A stretch of DNA of 64,000 nt, taken from NCBI RefSeq assembly GCF_009914755.1, contig NC_060933.1; one strand, 5' to 3'. Both the position numbers and the translations under genes were made by a program. The notes under the pieces are model-generated. The model did no database searches. It had not been told where the DNA came from and worked only from the letters and a program-made list of their open reading frames with translations. Positions 1 to 15,569 of this stretch are shown piece after piece (the stretch's first letter is position 1; every line of letters starts with the position of its first letter). This DNA comes from the human T2T-CHM13v2.0 reference genome, Homo sapiens.

Positions 1-23
1 ACTGATATAAAAATATGTATTTT

Positions 24-663
24 TTCTTTTTTAAAATTATTTTATTGTTGTTATTGGTTTTAAGTTCTGGGGTACATTTGCAGGATGTGCAGGTTTGTTA
101 CATAGGTAAACCTGTGCCATGGTGGTTTGCTGCACCTAACAACCCATCACCTATGTATTAAGCCCAGCATACATTAACTCTTTTCCCTAATGCTCTTCAC
201 CTCCGCCCCCTGCTCTCCCCGACAGACTCCAGTGTGTGTTGTTCCCCTCCTTGTGCCCATGTGTTCTCATTGTTCAGCTCCCACTTATAAGTGAGAATAT
301 GCTGTCTTTGGTTTCCTGTTCCTGCATTAGTTTGCATAATGGCTTCCAGCTTCATTCATGTCTCTGCAAAGGACATGATCTCGTTCTTTTTTATGGCTGC
401 ATATATTCTGTGGTATATATATACCACATTTTCTTTATCCAGTCTATCATTGATGGGCATTTGAGTTGATTCCATGTCTTTGCTATCGTGAGTAGTGCTG
501 CAGTGAACATACACGTGCATGTATCTTTATAATAGAACAATTTATATTCTGGATTGCTGGGTCAAATGGTATTTCCTGTTGTAAATCTTTGAGGAATCAC
601 CACACTGTCTTCCACAATGATTGAACTAATTTACATTCCCACCAACAGTGTAAAAGCGTGCCT
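24..663 (-). mobile_element. 5'-truncated L1PA-type LINE-1 3' end
   Basis: Antisense L1PA 3'UTR (ttttaagttctggggtacat...ccaacagtgtaaaagcgt); TSD aaaaatatgtatttt at 9-23 and 665-679. Confidence 0.9.
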
Positions 664-884
664 AAAAAATATGTATTTTAAAGATAAAATATATATTGAC
701 ATTAACACTTTAAACTAAAACCCAAATCTATAGCGTTTTTTAAGCCCTTTATTGATCTTTCACTGAAACTTCTTTCTCCTACTCTAAAAATTCCAATTGT
801 AAACAAAATAAACAGAATAACTCATTTGTTTTATCTCGATCTACATATAAAGAGGTCTCAGAATGATAATACTAATACAACCTC

Positions 885-1290
885 TGTCACAGGTTACATT
901 TTGTGGAGCAGACACTGAGATGGAATTTGGGGTACAACATGAGAAAGAAGCGGGGATCAGGAAGAACTGAGCAGAAGACCAATTAATATGATACCGTATG
1001 ATCAGGCCGTTCAAAACTTTGGCCAACCTAGCAGGGAATTCTGGAATGAGTAATACCCGTCATAGATGTCTCATGTTGGGCCAAACTGGTCAGACTTTAT
1101 ATTCCTGTCATACTTGGCCACCAGATGTGGGCTGTACCAGGAAGCGCATGACTTTATGCATGGCAACTCTGCATATGATATCAACCCTGGAGGAGCTAAT
1201 AGTCTGAGGCTGTCCACTCCCAGTAGCAAGATCTTCCCTGCAGGAGGATCTGAGCAGCACTTCTCCATGTCTTCCAGTCTCCAAAATACA
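885..1290. mobile_element. Old MaLR LTR (MLT1-type) fragment
   Basis: tgtcacaggtt...gcagacactgagatgga start and diverged MLT1-like body; recognised by eye. Confidence 0.45.
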
Positions 1291-1704
1291 GTTCCCGAAA
1301 ACAGGATTATTTTTATATATCTTTTTGTCCTTAGTATATGTGCCTCTAGGTACATGCAATCAAGCTGTTGAACAGATGATCCTCAGCTCAATGGTTCAAC
1401 ATACCAATTTTCAGCTTTACTATGGTACAAAAGCTATACACATTCAGTAGAAACTACACCCCAAATTTTGAATTTTGATCTTTTCCCAACCAGCAATACA
1501 CAGTACAATATTCTCTGGAGATGTTAGGCAGTGGCCATGAGCCATAACTTCCAGTCAGCCATGCCATCATGAGGGTAAACAAATACTGTACTCTGCAGTG
1601 TACTGTATTCAATAAATTACATGAGATATTAAATACTTTATTGTAAAGTAGACTTTGTTAGATAATTTTGCACAACTATATATAATGTAAGTGTTCTGAG
1701 CACT

Positions 1705-2016
<312 letters not shown>

Positions 2017-2123
2017 GAGCACGTTTAAGGTAGATGAGGCTAAGCTCGGTAGGTTAGGTGTATTAAATGCATTTCAACTTACGATGTTTTCAACTTATGA
2101 TAGGTTGATCAGGACGTAACCTT

Positions 2124-3643
<1,520 letters not shown>

Positions 3644-3824
3644 TAAAAATTTATATGCTTCCAAAATCAAATATATAAACAAAATGTGTTTGAAGAAATT
3701 AGCTTCTCTCTCTGTCTTCACTGTTCTCTTCCTCCCTATAGGTAACCTATTTTTAAAATTTTAATAGTTTGTCCTTCCATTTTATCGTTAATTTAAAATC
3801 ACTTCACTAAGCAATTTAAAATAA

Positions 3825-4148
<324 letters not shown>

Positions 4149-4530
4149 TGGTAATAAGAATAATTTTGTTAAGCTTTACATTTGCCTAGAATTTCACAGT
4201 CTACAGAGGTCCTCTTTGATTGACAATTGCATTGTACAAGAAGCTTCCAGAAGAAAATGTACCACTGAGTCTCTGTATGGACCTATTCTCAAGTGAGATG
4301 TGATGCTAAAAGATGCACATTCTCCTCTTCTGAAAATTATGAAGACTTAGGAAATTTGTGCTTTTTTGCCTCCAAGTCATCACATAGGGGTATGCATGCC
4401 AATGTATTGAGGCAAGCCTACTGAGAAATAAAGGTAGTGCCAGAGGTAGGATAATCAATGCTTCTTTCCAACTGTTATTTGGCTCAGATCCCTCTATTCT
4501 TTCTTGGTTCCGCTCCAATAGCTAAATTAA

Positions 4531-4835
<305 letters not shown>

Positions 4836-5779
4836 AATTTATAGAAATTTTAAACTCACTTCCACAATGCAGTCCATACAGTTTGGAAAATGATTGCTTG
4901 GTGTTGTAGGGGATATGACAAAAGGCAAAGCCCAATGCTTGACTCTAGAAGCTCAGACTCAAGTGGATTTTTAAAAAGACATTTCAACAATCCAAACATT
5001 TTTCTTCATTGAAAACAGTCCTACTTTGCATAGAATTTATTTTCTGGAGAGCTTCATCAAATGGAAGTCTTTGAACCAGGGTTTGAGAATAAATTAAAAT
5101 GCTGTTGCTTTTTTGTCTTCAGATTAATTGTGGAAAAACTGTCTTCTGACTTTAGGATTGTAACCCTGGTTCTAGAAAGAGCTTCAACATTACTATGCAG
5201 GGTAAGAGCAATAAGGTAATGTACAGGCAGTCCCTCCAACACAGAATGTTCCTACTGTGAACAGAACCTAGAGGAGAAGAAGCTAAACATACTGTCAGAA
5301 AGATTTATGTTGTATTTCCACATAGCAACAACTGTTTTCTCTTTGAGGTTTTTAACTAGACTCTCCAGAGAACCCCCTATAAAACAAAAATGGTTAAAAC
5401 AGTTTCATGAATGATTAAAAATAAACTCACTAAATAATTTTTTAATTTCACATTTTACTTATAAAATATCATAATTAGGAAAGAAACTTAAGAAAAGGCA
5501 AAATGATTTCACTTTTTTTTTTCAATGTTGTTAACTCTAGTAAGTTAAGGGTGCAAAGATCTGTCATTGTAAAACAGGGTTTATGAATAGGAAGATGTTT
5601 GTTTGGTGTTTTTAAAGGAGCTCATTGTAAATATACAGTTAAAATTTATGAAGCAAAATTACGCGACCTTGACAACATTTACCTTCAAGCTCTATAAACA
5701 TAAATAGTGATAATACTAATGCTGTCACTAAACTACAAAATATATTTTGAGTTTAGTGAATTCTTACCTTGTACAAGAC

Positions 5780-6878
<1,099 letters not shown>

Positions 6879-6956
6879 TACAGGGTTGACTGGTGAGTCA
6901 AAACAGACAAGATCCCTTGCTTCATAGAATTTACCAACAAGACATTATCTCACTTT

Positions 6957-7278
<322 letters not shown>

Positions 7279-7279
7279 T

Positions 7280-7460
7280 CACTTAAATCTCATAACAAAT
7301 CTGGAGGTAAAGGTACAATTTTATTATTATCTTCGTGAGGCAATTGAGGAATGTCATTATTATACCCACAGGCAACTGAGGTACGGAGAGGTTAAAAATC
7401 TTGTCAAAATCCACACAGATCACTGAGGGAGGCAGGATCCGCAGCTCACTCCAGACCCCA
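7280..7460 (-). mobile_element. MIR fragment
   Basis: ggcaactgaggtacggagaggttaaaaatcttgtcaaaatccacacag core-like sequence. Confidence 0.6.
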
Positions 7461-7705
7461 CACATATGTATTCCCACTGATCAGCATTAGCCAGCTAGGA
7501 AGTTAAGCTCTTTAAATTACCAAAGGAAAAAAATAGATGCTGACTATGAAAAAAGTGAAATAGTAATAAAGATGTTATGATTTTTCTGACAGTTTTACAT
7601 TTACAGAAAAATTGAGCAGAGACTACAGAGAGTGCCAATATGTGACCCCAATCTCTGCACACAGTTGCCCCTTTGAGTAATATTTTACATTAATATAGTA
7701 CTTTT

Positions 7706-8092
7706 TGTCATGCGAGTCCGTGTGAAGAGACCACCAAACAGGCTTTGTGTCAGCAATAAAACTTTTTAATCACCTGGGTGCAGGCAGGCTGAGTCTGAAA
7801 AGAGTCAGCAAAGGGAGATGGGGTGGGGCAGTTTTATAGGATTTGGGTAGGTAGTGGAAAATTACAGTCAAAGGGGGTTATTCTCTGGCTGGCACCGGCA
7901 GGGGTCACAAGGTGCTCAGTGGGGGAGCTTCTGAGCCAGGAGAAGGAATTTCACAAGGTAATGTCATCAGTTAAGGCAGGAACCAGCCATTTTCACTTCT
8001 TTTGTGATTCTTCACTTGTTTCAGGCCATCTGGATGTATACATGCAGGTCACAGGGGATATGATGGCTTAGCTTGGGCTCAGAGGCCTGACA
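7706..8092 (-). mobile_element. LTR7-family LTR, 3' LTR of the outer provirus (387 bp)
   Basis: Reverse complement TGTCAGGCCTCTGAGCCCAAG...GCATGACA; preceded by PPT aagaagacaggaa; has TATAAAA and ATTAAA. Confidence 0.95.
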
Positions 8093-9409
8093 TTCCTGTC
8101 TTCTTATATTAATAAGAAAAATAAAACAACATAGTGTTGAAGTGTTGGGGCAGCGAAAATTTTGGGGAGTGGTATGGAGAGATAATGGGAGATGTTTCTC
8201 AGGGCTGCTTCGAGCGGGATTAGGGGCGGCGTGGGAACCTAGAGTGGGAGAGATTAAGCTGAAGGAAGCTTTTGTGGTAAGGGGCGATATTGTGGGGTTG
8301 TTAAAAGAAGCATTTGTCATATAGAATGATTGGTGATGGCCTGGATGCAGTTTTGTATGAATTGAGAAACTAAACGGAAGACACAAGGTCTGAATAAGAG
8401 AAGGAGAAAAACAGGTATTAAAGGGCTAAGAATTAGGAGAACCCAGGACATCCAATTAGAGAGTGCCCAGGAGGGTTCAGCGTAATTACTTGCTTGGTTG
8501 GTGAGTTTTTGGGCTTATCCTTGACAGAGTCCTCCTTTTTAAGTTGGAGGCTGAACTTGGTGAGGTGTGTTTTTAAAGACCATTAGTCCATTCTACCTTT
8601 TCTGAAGATTGAGGACGGTAAGGGGTATGAAGTTTCCACTGAATACCAAGAGCCTGAAAAACTGCTTGGGTGATTTGACTAATAAAGGCCAGTCCGTTAT
8701 CAGACTGTATAGAGGTGGGAAGGCCAAACCAAGGAATTATGTCTTACAGAAGGGGAGAAATGACCATGGTAGCCTTTTCAGACCCTTTGGGAAAGGCCTC
8801 TACCATCCAGTGAAAATGTCTACTAGACCAAGAGGTATTTTAGTTTCCTGACTTGGGGCATGTGAGTAAAGTCAATTTGCCAGTCCTGGGCAGGGGCAAA
8901 TCCCCGAGCTTGATGTGTAGGGAAGGGAGGGGGCCTGAACAATCCCTGAGGAGTAGTAGAATAGCATATGGAACACTGAGAAGTGATTTCCTTGAGGATA
9001 GATTTCCACGATGGAAAGGAAATGAGAGGTTCTAAGAGGTGGGCTAGCAGCTTGTAACCTACATGGAAGAGGTTATGAAATGACAACAGAATAGAATGGG
9101 CCTGTGAGGCTGGAAGGAGATATTTTCCTTGGTCCAAGAACCATTTGCCTTGTGTGGGAAGAGATTGATAGGTGGAAGTTTCTGTGGGGGAGTAGGTGGG
9201 AGTGACCAGCTGAGAAGGAGAAAAACTGCCATAAGGGATAGAAGTTGGAACCTAGTTGCTTTTTTAGCTACCTTATCAGCATAAGTGTTGCCCTGAGCGA
9301 TGGAATCTGATGCCTTTTGATGGCCCTTGCAGTGAATGACTCCAGCTTCCTTTGGAAGTAAAACGGCCTTGAGCAGAGTTTTTATTAAAGAGGCATTAAT
9401 GATGGAGGA
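8093..9409 (-). pseudogene. HERV-H pol 3' part (RNase H C-terminus, integrase) and env remnant
   Basis: ORF 8823-9137 has the integrase zinc finger HNLFH...CSIC and WQIDFTHMP; 9280-9409 reads SSIINASLIKTLLKAVLLPKEAGVIHCKGHQK. Confidence 0.9.
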
Positions 9410-9842
9410 TGTCAGGCCTCTGAGCCCAAGCTAAGCCATCATGTCCCCTGTGACCTGCACGTATACATCCAGATGGCCTGAAGCAAATGAAGAATCATAA
9501 AAGAAGTGAAAATGGCCGGTTCCTGCCTTAACTGATGACATTTCACCATTGTGATTTGTTCCTGCCCCACCTTAACTGAGCAATTAACCTTGTGAATTTC
9601 ATTCTCCTGGCTCAGAAGCTCCCCAACTGAGCATCTTGTGACTCCCGCTCCTGCCCGCAAGAGAACAACCCCCTTTGACTGTAATTTTCCACTACCCACC
9701 CAAATCCTATAAAACGGCCCCACCTCTATCTGCCTTTACTGACTCTTTTCGGATTCAGCCCCCCTGCACCCAAGTGAAATAAACAGCCTTGGTACTCACA
9801 CAAAGCCTGTTTGGTGGTCTCTTGACACAGATGTGCATGACA
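9410..9842 (+). mobile_element. LTR7-family LTR, 5' LTR of the inner HERV-H (433 bp)
   Basis: TGTCAGGCCTC...GCATGACA; TATAAAA 9708-9714; AATAAA 9778-9783; extra 44-bp block 9543-9586 absent from the outer LTRs. Confidence 0.95.
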
Positions 9843-9844
9843 TT

Positions 9845-9862
9845 TGGTGCCGAAACCCAGGA
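9845..9862 (+). promoter_or_regulatory. Primer-binding site complementary to tRNA-Phe
   Basis: TGGTGCCGAAACCCAGGA vs tRNA-Phe 3'-end complement TGGTGCCGAAACCCGGGA (17/18). Confidence 0.85.
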
Positions 9863-12800
9863 CAGGAGGACTTCTTCGGGAGACCATCCCCTGTCCTCAC
9901 CATCACTCCATGAGGAGATCCACCTACGACCTCAGATCCTCAGACCAACCAGCCCAAGGAACATCTCACCAATTTCAAATCAGGTAAGCGGTCTTTTCAC
10001 TCTTTTCTCCAGTCTCTCTTGCTACCCTTCAATCTCCCTCTCTCACTACCCTTCAATCTCCCTGTCCTTCCAATTCCAGTTCTTTTTCCTCTCTAGTAGA
10101 GAGAAAGGAGACACATCTTATCCGTGGACCCAAAACTCCGGCGCCAGTCACCGACTCGGGAAGACAGTCTTCCCTTGGTGTTTAATCACTGCAGGGATGC
10201 CTGCCTGATTATTCACCCACATTTCATTGGTGTCTGATCACCATGGGGACACGTGCCTTGGTCAGTCACCCACATTCCCTTGGTGGCAAGTCAACTGCGG
10301 GGATGCCTGCTTTGGCTGCTCACCTACATTACAGCCCAGGGCTGCTCACCCACTCCCTTCTCCGTGTCAGTATCTCTCTTTAAACTTCCCTCCTTCACTA
10401 GGGGCAAGCTTCCGCCCTCCATTCCCCCTTCTTCTCCCTTAGCCTGTGTTCTCAAAAACTTAAAACCTCTTCAACTCTCGCCTGACCGAAAACCTGATCA
10501 TCTTATTTTCTTCTGCAACACCTCTTGGCCCCAATACAAACTTGATAATTGTTCTAAATAGCCAGAAAATGACACTTTTGATTTCTTCATTTCACAAGAC
10601 TTGGATGATTTTTGTCAAAAAATGGGCAAATGGGTCTGATGTGCCTGACTTCCAGGCATTCTTTTACACATTGGTCTCTGCTCCAATGTGACTCATCCCA
10701 AATCTTTCTTTTTTCTCGCCTCTCTGTTCCTTCAGTCTCCACCCCAAGCTCTGAGTCCTTTGAATCCTCCTTTTCTACAGACCCATCTGACCTCTCCTCC
10801 CCAGGCTGCTCCTCGACAGGCCAAGCCAGGTCCCAATTCTTTCTCAACCTCTGCTCCCCCACCCTATAATCTTTCTATCACCTCCCCTCCTCACACCTGG
10901 TCTGGCTTACAGTTTCATTCCGTGACTAGTCCTCCCCCTCCTGCCCAACAATTTCCTCTTAAAAAGGTGGCTGGAGCTGAAGGCATAGTCAAGGTTAATG
11001 CTCCTTTTTCTGTATCTGACCTTTCCCGAATCAGTTAGCATTTAGGCTCTTTTTCATCAAATATAAAAACCCAGCCCAGTCCATGGCCCGTTTGGCAACA
11101 ACCTTTAGACATTTTACCACCCTAGACCCATAGGGGCAAGAAGGCTGTCTATTCTCAATACGCATTTTATTACCCAACCCACTCCCGACATTAAAAAAAG
11201 CTCCAGAAATTAGATTCTGGCCCTCAAACCCCACAACAGGACTTAATTAACCCCGCCTTCACAGTGTGCAATAATAGAGTAGAGGCAGCCAAGTAGCTAT
11301 TTCTGAGTTACAATTCGTTGCTTCCACTGTGAGACAAACCCCAGCCACATCTCCAGCACACAAGAACTCCAAACGCCTGAACTGCAGTGGCCAGGCGTTC
11401 CTCCAGGACCACCTACCCCAGGATCTTGCCTTAAGTGCTGGAAATCTGGCCACCGGGCCAAGGAATGCCTGCAGCCCAGGATTCCTCCTAAACCATGTCC
11501 CATCTGTGCGGGACACCACTGGAAATCGGACTGTCCAACTCACCCAGCAGCCACTCCCAGAGCCCCTGGAACTCTGGCCCAAGGCTCTCTGACTGACTCC
11601 TTCCCACATCTTCTCAGCTTAGTGGCTGAAGACTGATGCAGGCCGATCGCCTCAGAAGCCGCCTAGACCATCACAGATGTTGAGCTTCAGGTAACTCTCA
11701 CAGTGGAGGGTAAGTCTGTCCCCTTCTTAATCAATACGGAGGCTACCCACTCCACATTACCTTCTTTTCAAGGGCCTGTTTCCTTTGCCTCCGTAACTGT
11801 TGTGGGTATTGATGGCCAGGCTTCTAGATCCCTTAAAACTCCGCTACTCTGGTGCCAAATTGGACAACATTCTTTTATGCAATCTTTTTAAGTTATCCCC
11901 ACCTGCCTAGTTCCCTTATTAGGCCGAGACATTTAAACCAATTATGTGCTTCCCTCACTATTCCTAGGCTACAGCTACACCTCATTGCCGCCCTTTTCCC
12001 TAGTTCAAAGCCTCCTTTGCATCCTCCTCTCATATCCCCCCACCTTAACCCACAAGTATGAGGTACGTCTACTCCCTCCTTGACGACTGATCATGCACCC
12101 CTTACCATCCCATTAAAACCTAATCATCCTTACCCAACTCAACACCAGTATCCATCCCACAGCACACTTTAAATAGATTAAAGCCTGTTATCACTTGCCT
12201 GTTACAGCATGTAACTTTTAAAGCCTATAAACTCTTCTTACTATTCCCCCATTTTACCTGTCCAACAAACAGACAAGGCTTACAGGTTAGTTCAGGATCT
12301 GCGCCTTATCAAGCAAATTGTTTTGCCTATCCAACCTGCGGTGCCAAACCCATATACTCTCCTATCCTCAATACCTCCCTCCACAACCCCTCCATAACCC
12401 ATTATTCGGTTCTGGATCTCAAACATGCTTTCTTTGCTATTCCTTTGCATCCTTCATCCCAGCCTCTCTTTGCTTTCACTTGGGCTGGCCCTGACACCCA
12501 TCAGCCTCAGCAACTTACCTGGGCTGTACTGCCACAAGCCTTCACGGACAGCCCCCATTACTTCAGTAAAGCCCAAATTCCTTCCTCATCTGTTACCTAT
12601 CTTGGCGTAGTTCTTCATGAAAACACATGTGCTCTCCCTGCCGATCATGTCCTACTGATCTCTCAAACCTCACCGCCTTCTACAAAACAACTCCTTTCCT
12701 TCCTGGGCATGGTAGGATACTTTCGCCTTTAGATACCTGGTTTTGCCATCCTAACAGAACCATTATATAAACTCACAAAACCAAACCTAGCTGACCCCAT

Positions 12801-12985
12801 AGATCCTAAATCCGTTTGCCACTCCTCTTTCCGTTCCTTGAAGACAGCTTTAGAGACTGTTCCCACACTAGCTCTCCCTGACTCATCGCAGCCCTTTTCG
12901 TTACACACAGCTGAAGTGCAGGGCTGTGCAGTCGGAATTCTTACACAAGAGCCAGACCACACCCTGTAGCCTTTCTGTCCAAACA
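9863..12985 (+). pseudogene. Inner HERV-H leader-gag-pro-pol(RT), defective and 3'-truncated
   Basis: Two gag zinc knuckles CLKCWKSGHRAKEC and CPICAGHHWKSDC (11427-11534); protease FLINTEATHSTL (DTG degenerate); RT LPQAFTDSPHYFS joined to KAQIPSSSVTYLG with the YxDD segment deleted; multiple stops and frameshifts. Confidence 0.9.
9981..9989 (+). promoter_or_regulatory. HERV-H major splice donor
   Basis: CAG|GTAAGC about 140 bp downstream of the LTR, the usual position in the HERV-H leader. Confidence 0.75.
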
Positions 12986-12989
12986 GAAA

Positions 12990-13117
12990 GTAAGATATTC
13001 CTTGGGCTGGTTGGTCTGAGGACCTGAGGTTGTAGGTGGATCCCCTCATGGAGTGAGGGTGAGGACAGATGACCGGTCTCCCAAAGGAGTCCTCCTGTCC
13101 TGGGTTTTGGCACCAAA
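12990..13117 (-). mobile_element. Outer HERV-H PBS (tRNA-Phe type, 13098-13115) and truncated leader
   Basis: Reverse complement TGGTGCCAAAACCCAGGA (16/18 to the Phe PBS), then leader homologous to 9863-9969, ending just before the splice donor. Confidence 0.9.
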
Positions 13118-13418
13118 TGTCACACGCGTCCGTGTGAAGAGACCACCAAACAGGCTATGTGTGAGCAATAAAGTAGGTAATGAAAAATTACAGTCAAAGG
13201 GGGCTGTTCTCTGGCGGGCAGGGGCAGGGGTCACAAGGTGCTCAGTGGGCGAGCTTCTGAGACAGGAGAAGGAATTTCACAAGGTAATGTCATCAGTTAA
13301 GGCAGGAACCAGCCATTTTCACTTCTTTTGTGATTCTTCAGTTGCTTCAAGCCATCTGAATGTAAATGTGCAGGTCACAGGGGGTATGATAAATTAGCTT
13401 GGGCTCAGAGGCCTGACA
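13118..13418 (-). mobile_element. LTR7-family LTR, 5' LTR of the outer provirus, with an 86-bp deletion (301 bp)
   Basis: Matches the 3' LTR except that the segment equivalent to 7761-7846 (TATA box to poly(A) signal) is missing at 13172/13173. Confidence 0.95.
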
Positions 13419-13462
13419 CTTTTGTTACAATTAATGAGCCAATATAATTACTTTATTATTAA

Positions 13463-13811
<349 letters not shown>

Positions 13812-14398
13812 TCTAATACCCATTTTCTGTTCCAGAATCTCATCCAGGATACCGCATTACATTTAGTTGTCCTATCTCCTTAGGTTCCTCTTGGCTGTGA
13901 CAGTTTCTTAGACTTTCCTTGTCTTCAATGATTTTGACAGTTTTGAGGAGTACTGATCAGCTATTTTTTAAAGAATGTTCCTCAATTTAAATTTAAATGG
14001 AATGTTTTTACAATGATGAGACTAAGGCTATGGGTGTGGGGGAGGAAGACCACAGAGGTAAAGTGTCACTCTCCTCACATCATGTCAATGGTACAGACTG
14101 TCTGTGTGATTTGTGACTGTTGGTGTTGACCTTCGTCACCTGGCTGAAGGACGTTTGTCAGGTTTCTCCACTGGGAAGTTACTCTTTCCCCCCTTTTCTA
14201 TGCTGTATTATTGAAAGGAAGTAAAAATGTGCAGCCCGCACTTAAAAGGCAAGAAGTTATGCTCCCCGTCTTTAGAGTGAAGTATCTACTTAGGTGATTT
14301 TGAATTCTTCTTTACAGGACATTTGTCTTTTCTCTCCCATTTATTAATTTATTTAGATCAGTAGGAACTGCTGGGTATTTATTATACTTGGGTTATAA

Positions 14399-14753
<355 letters not shown>

Positions 14754-15569
14754 TAGAATCAGCCATTTCTCCAAATAGCCCTGGTTTCTTCTACTAGAGA
14801 ATGGTATTACAATAGAAACCAAGATCTGAATAGTCACCGTGTGCTACCTTGTTTCTTTTTAGGCCCTCTCAGCCGACAGAGCAAAGAAATATATGTGTAT
14901 ATACTAATCTGTATGTAGTAGGCCAAGAACAGCCACCTAAAAGATATCTACCTCAAATTCCTAGGGACCTGTGAATGTTACATTATTTGGAAAAATTTGT
15001 CTTTGCAGTTGTGATTAAGGATTCATACTCAGCAACGTTTCCATTTTCCTTCCACTCACTATGTATTGTTGATTATGAACTCAGCAATATATAGTTAGAC
15101 ACAGCCTGTCTGACTTCTGTCCCAACCACAAGAAGGCCAACCTGTACCTGTGGTCACTGACTAGTTGAACTTCAGATGCCTGAGCTAGCAGGCTTCCACA
15201 AAGATGAATGAACCAGAAAGTTTCTGGGAAAGTAGAGAAATTTTGAAAAATGAGAGAAATGATGTGAGATTAGTGAAAAGTGAGATATGGTAGATCTCTA
15301 AAGGTCTTGCAGCCAGGGAAAGAGAGAAACCTATGGTAGAGCAAGAAAGTTGAGACTGAGGTTAGATGGAGACCAGCTTCCATCCCAACTGAGGCTAGCC
15401 ACCATGGAAGGCTCAACCATCTCAGAAGCAGACTGGTTGACTCCTTGTAGCAAATTCAGTGGCTGACCTTGCCAATGCACAGCTAGAGGACTGCCCCTGA
15501 TCCCAGCACACTTCCGAAGCCCTGGAGCTCAGATTCTATTTTGAAGAGGAAAGTGACAGTAATGTATTT

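Larger units (their letters stand above)
7706..13418 (-). mobile_element. Outer HERV-H provirus (composite, internally rearranged)
   Basis: Two co-oriented LTR7-family LTRs with TG...CA ends; identical 5-bp TSD CTTTT at 7701-7705 and 13419-13423. Confidence 0.95.

Noticed and set aside
5683-5691. Possible 9-nt minus-strand microexon (ttatag|AGCTTGAAG|gtaaat)
   Set aside because: No host gene evident and no upstream UGC enhancer; such matches arise by chance
9410-9842. Inner LTR as a pluripotency-active LTR7up-type promoter
   Set aside because: It lacks the second CACAAAAGAAGTGAAAATGG block that I recall as diagnostic of that subgroup; activity cannot be inferred
12445-12732. Functional reverse transcriptase ORF
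   Set aside because: Catalytic YxDD segment deleted and frame broken, as is common in non-autonomous HERV-H
7706-13418. Autointegration or simple inversion as the origin of the HERV-H structure
   Set aside because: The inner LTR differs structurally from both outer LTRs, the leader/PBS is present twice, and only one inner junction is an LTR end
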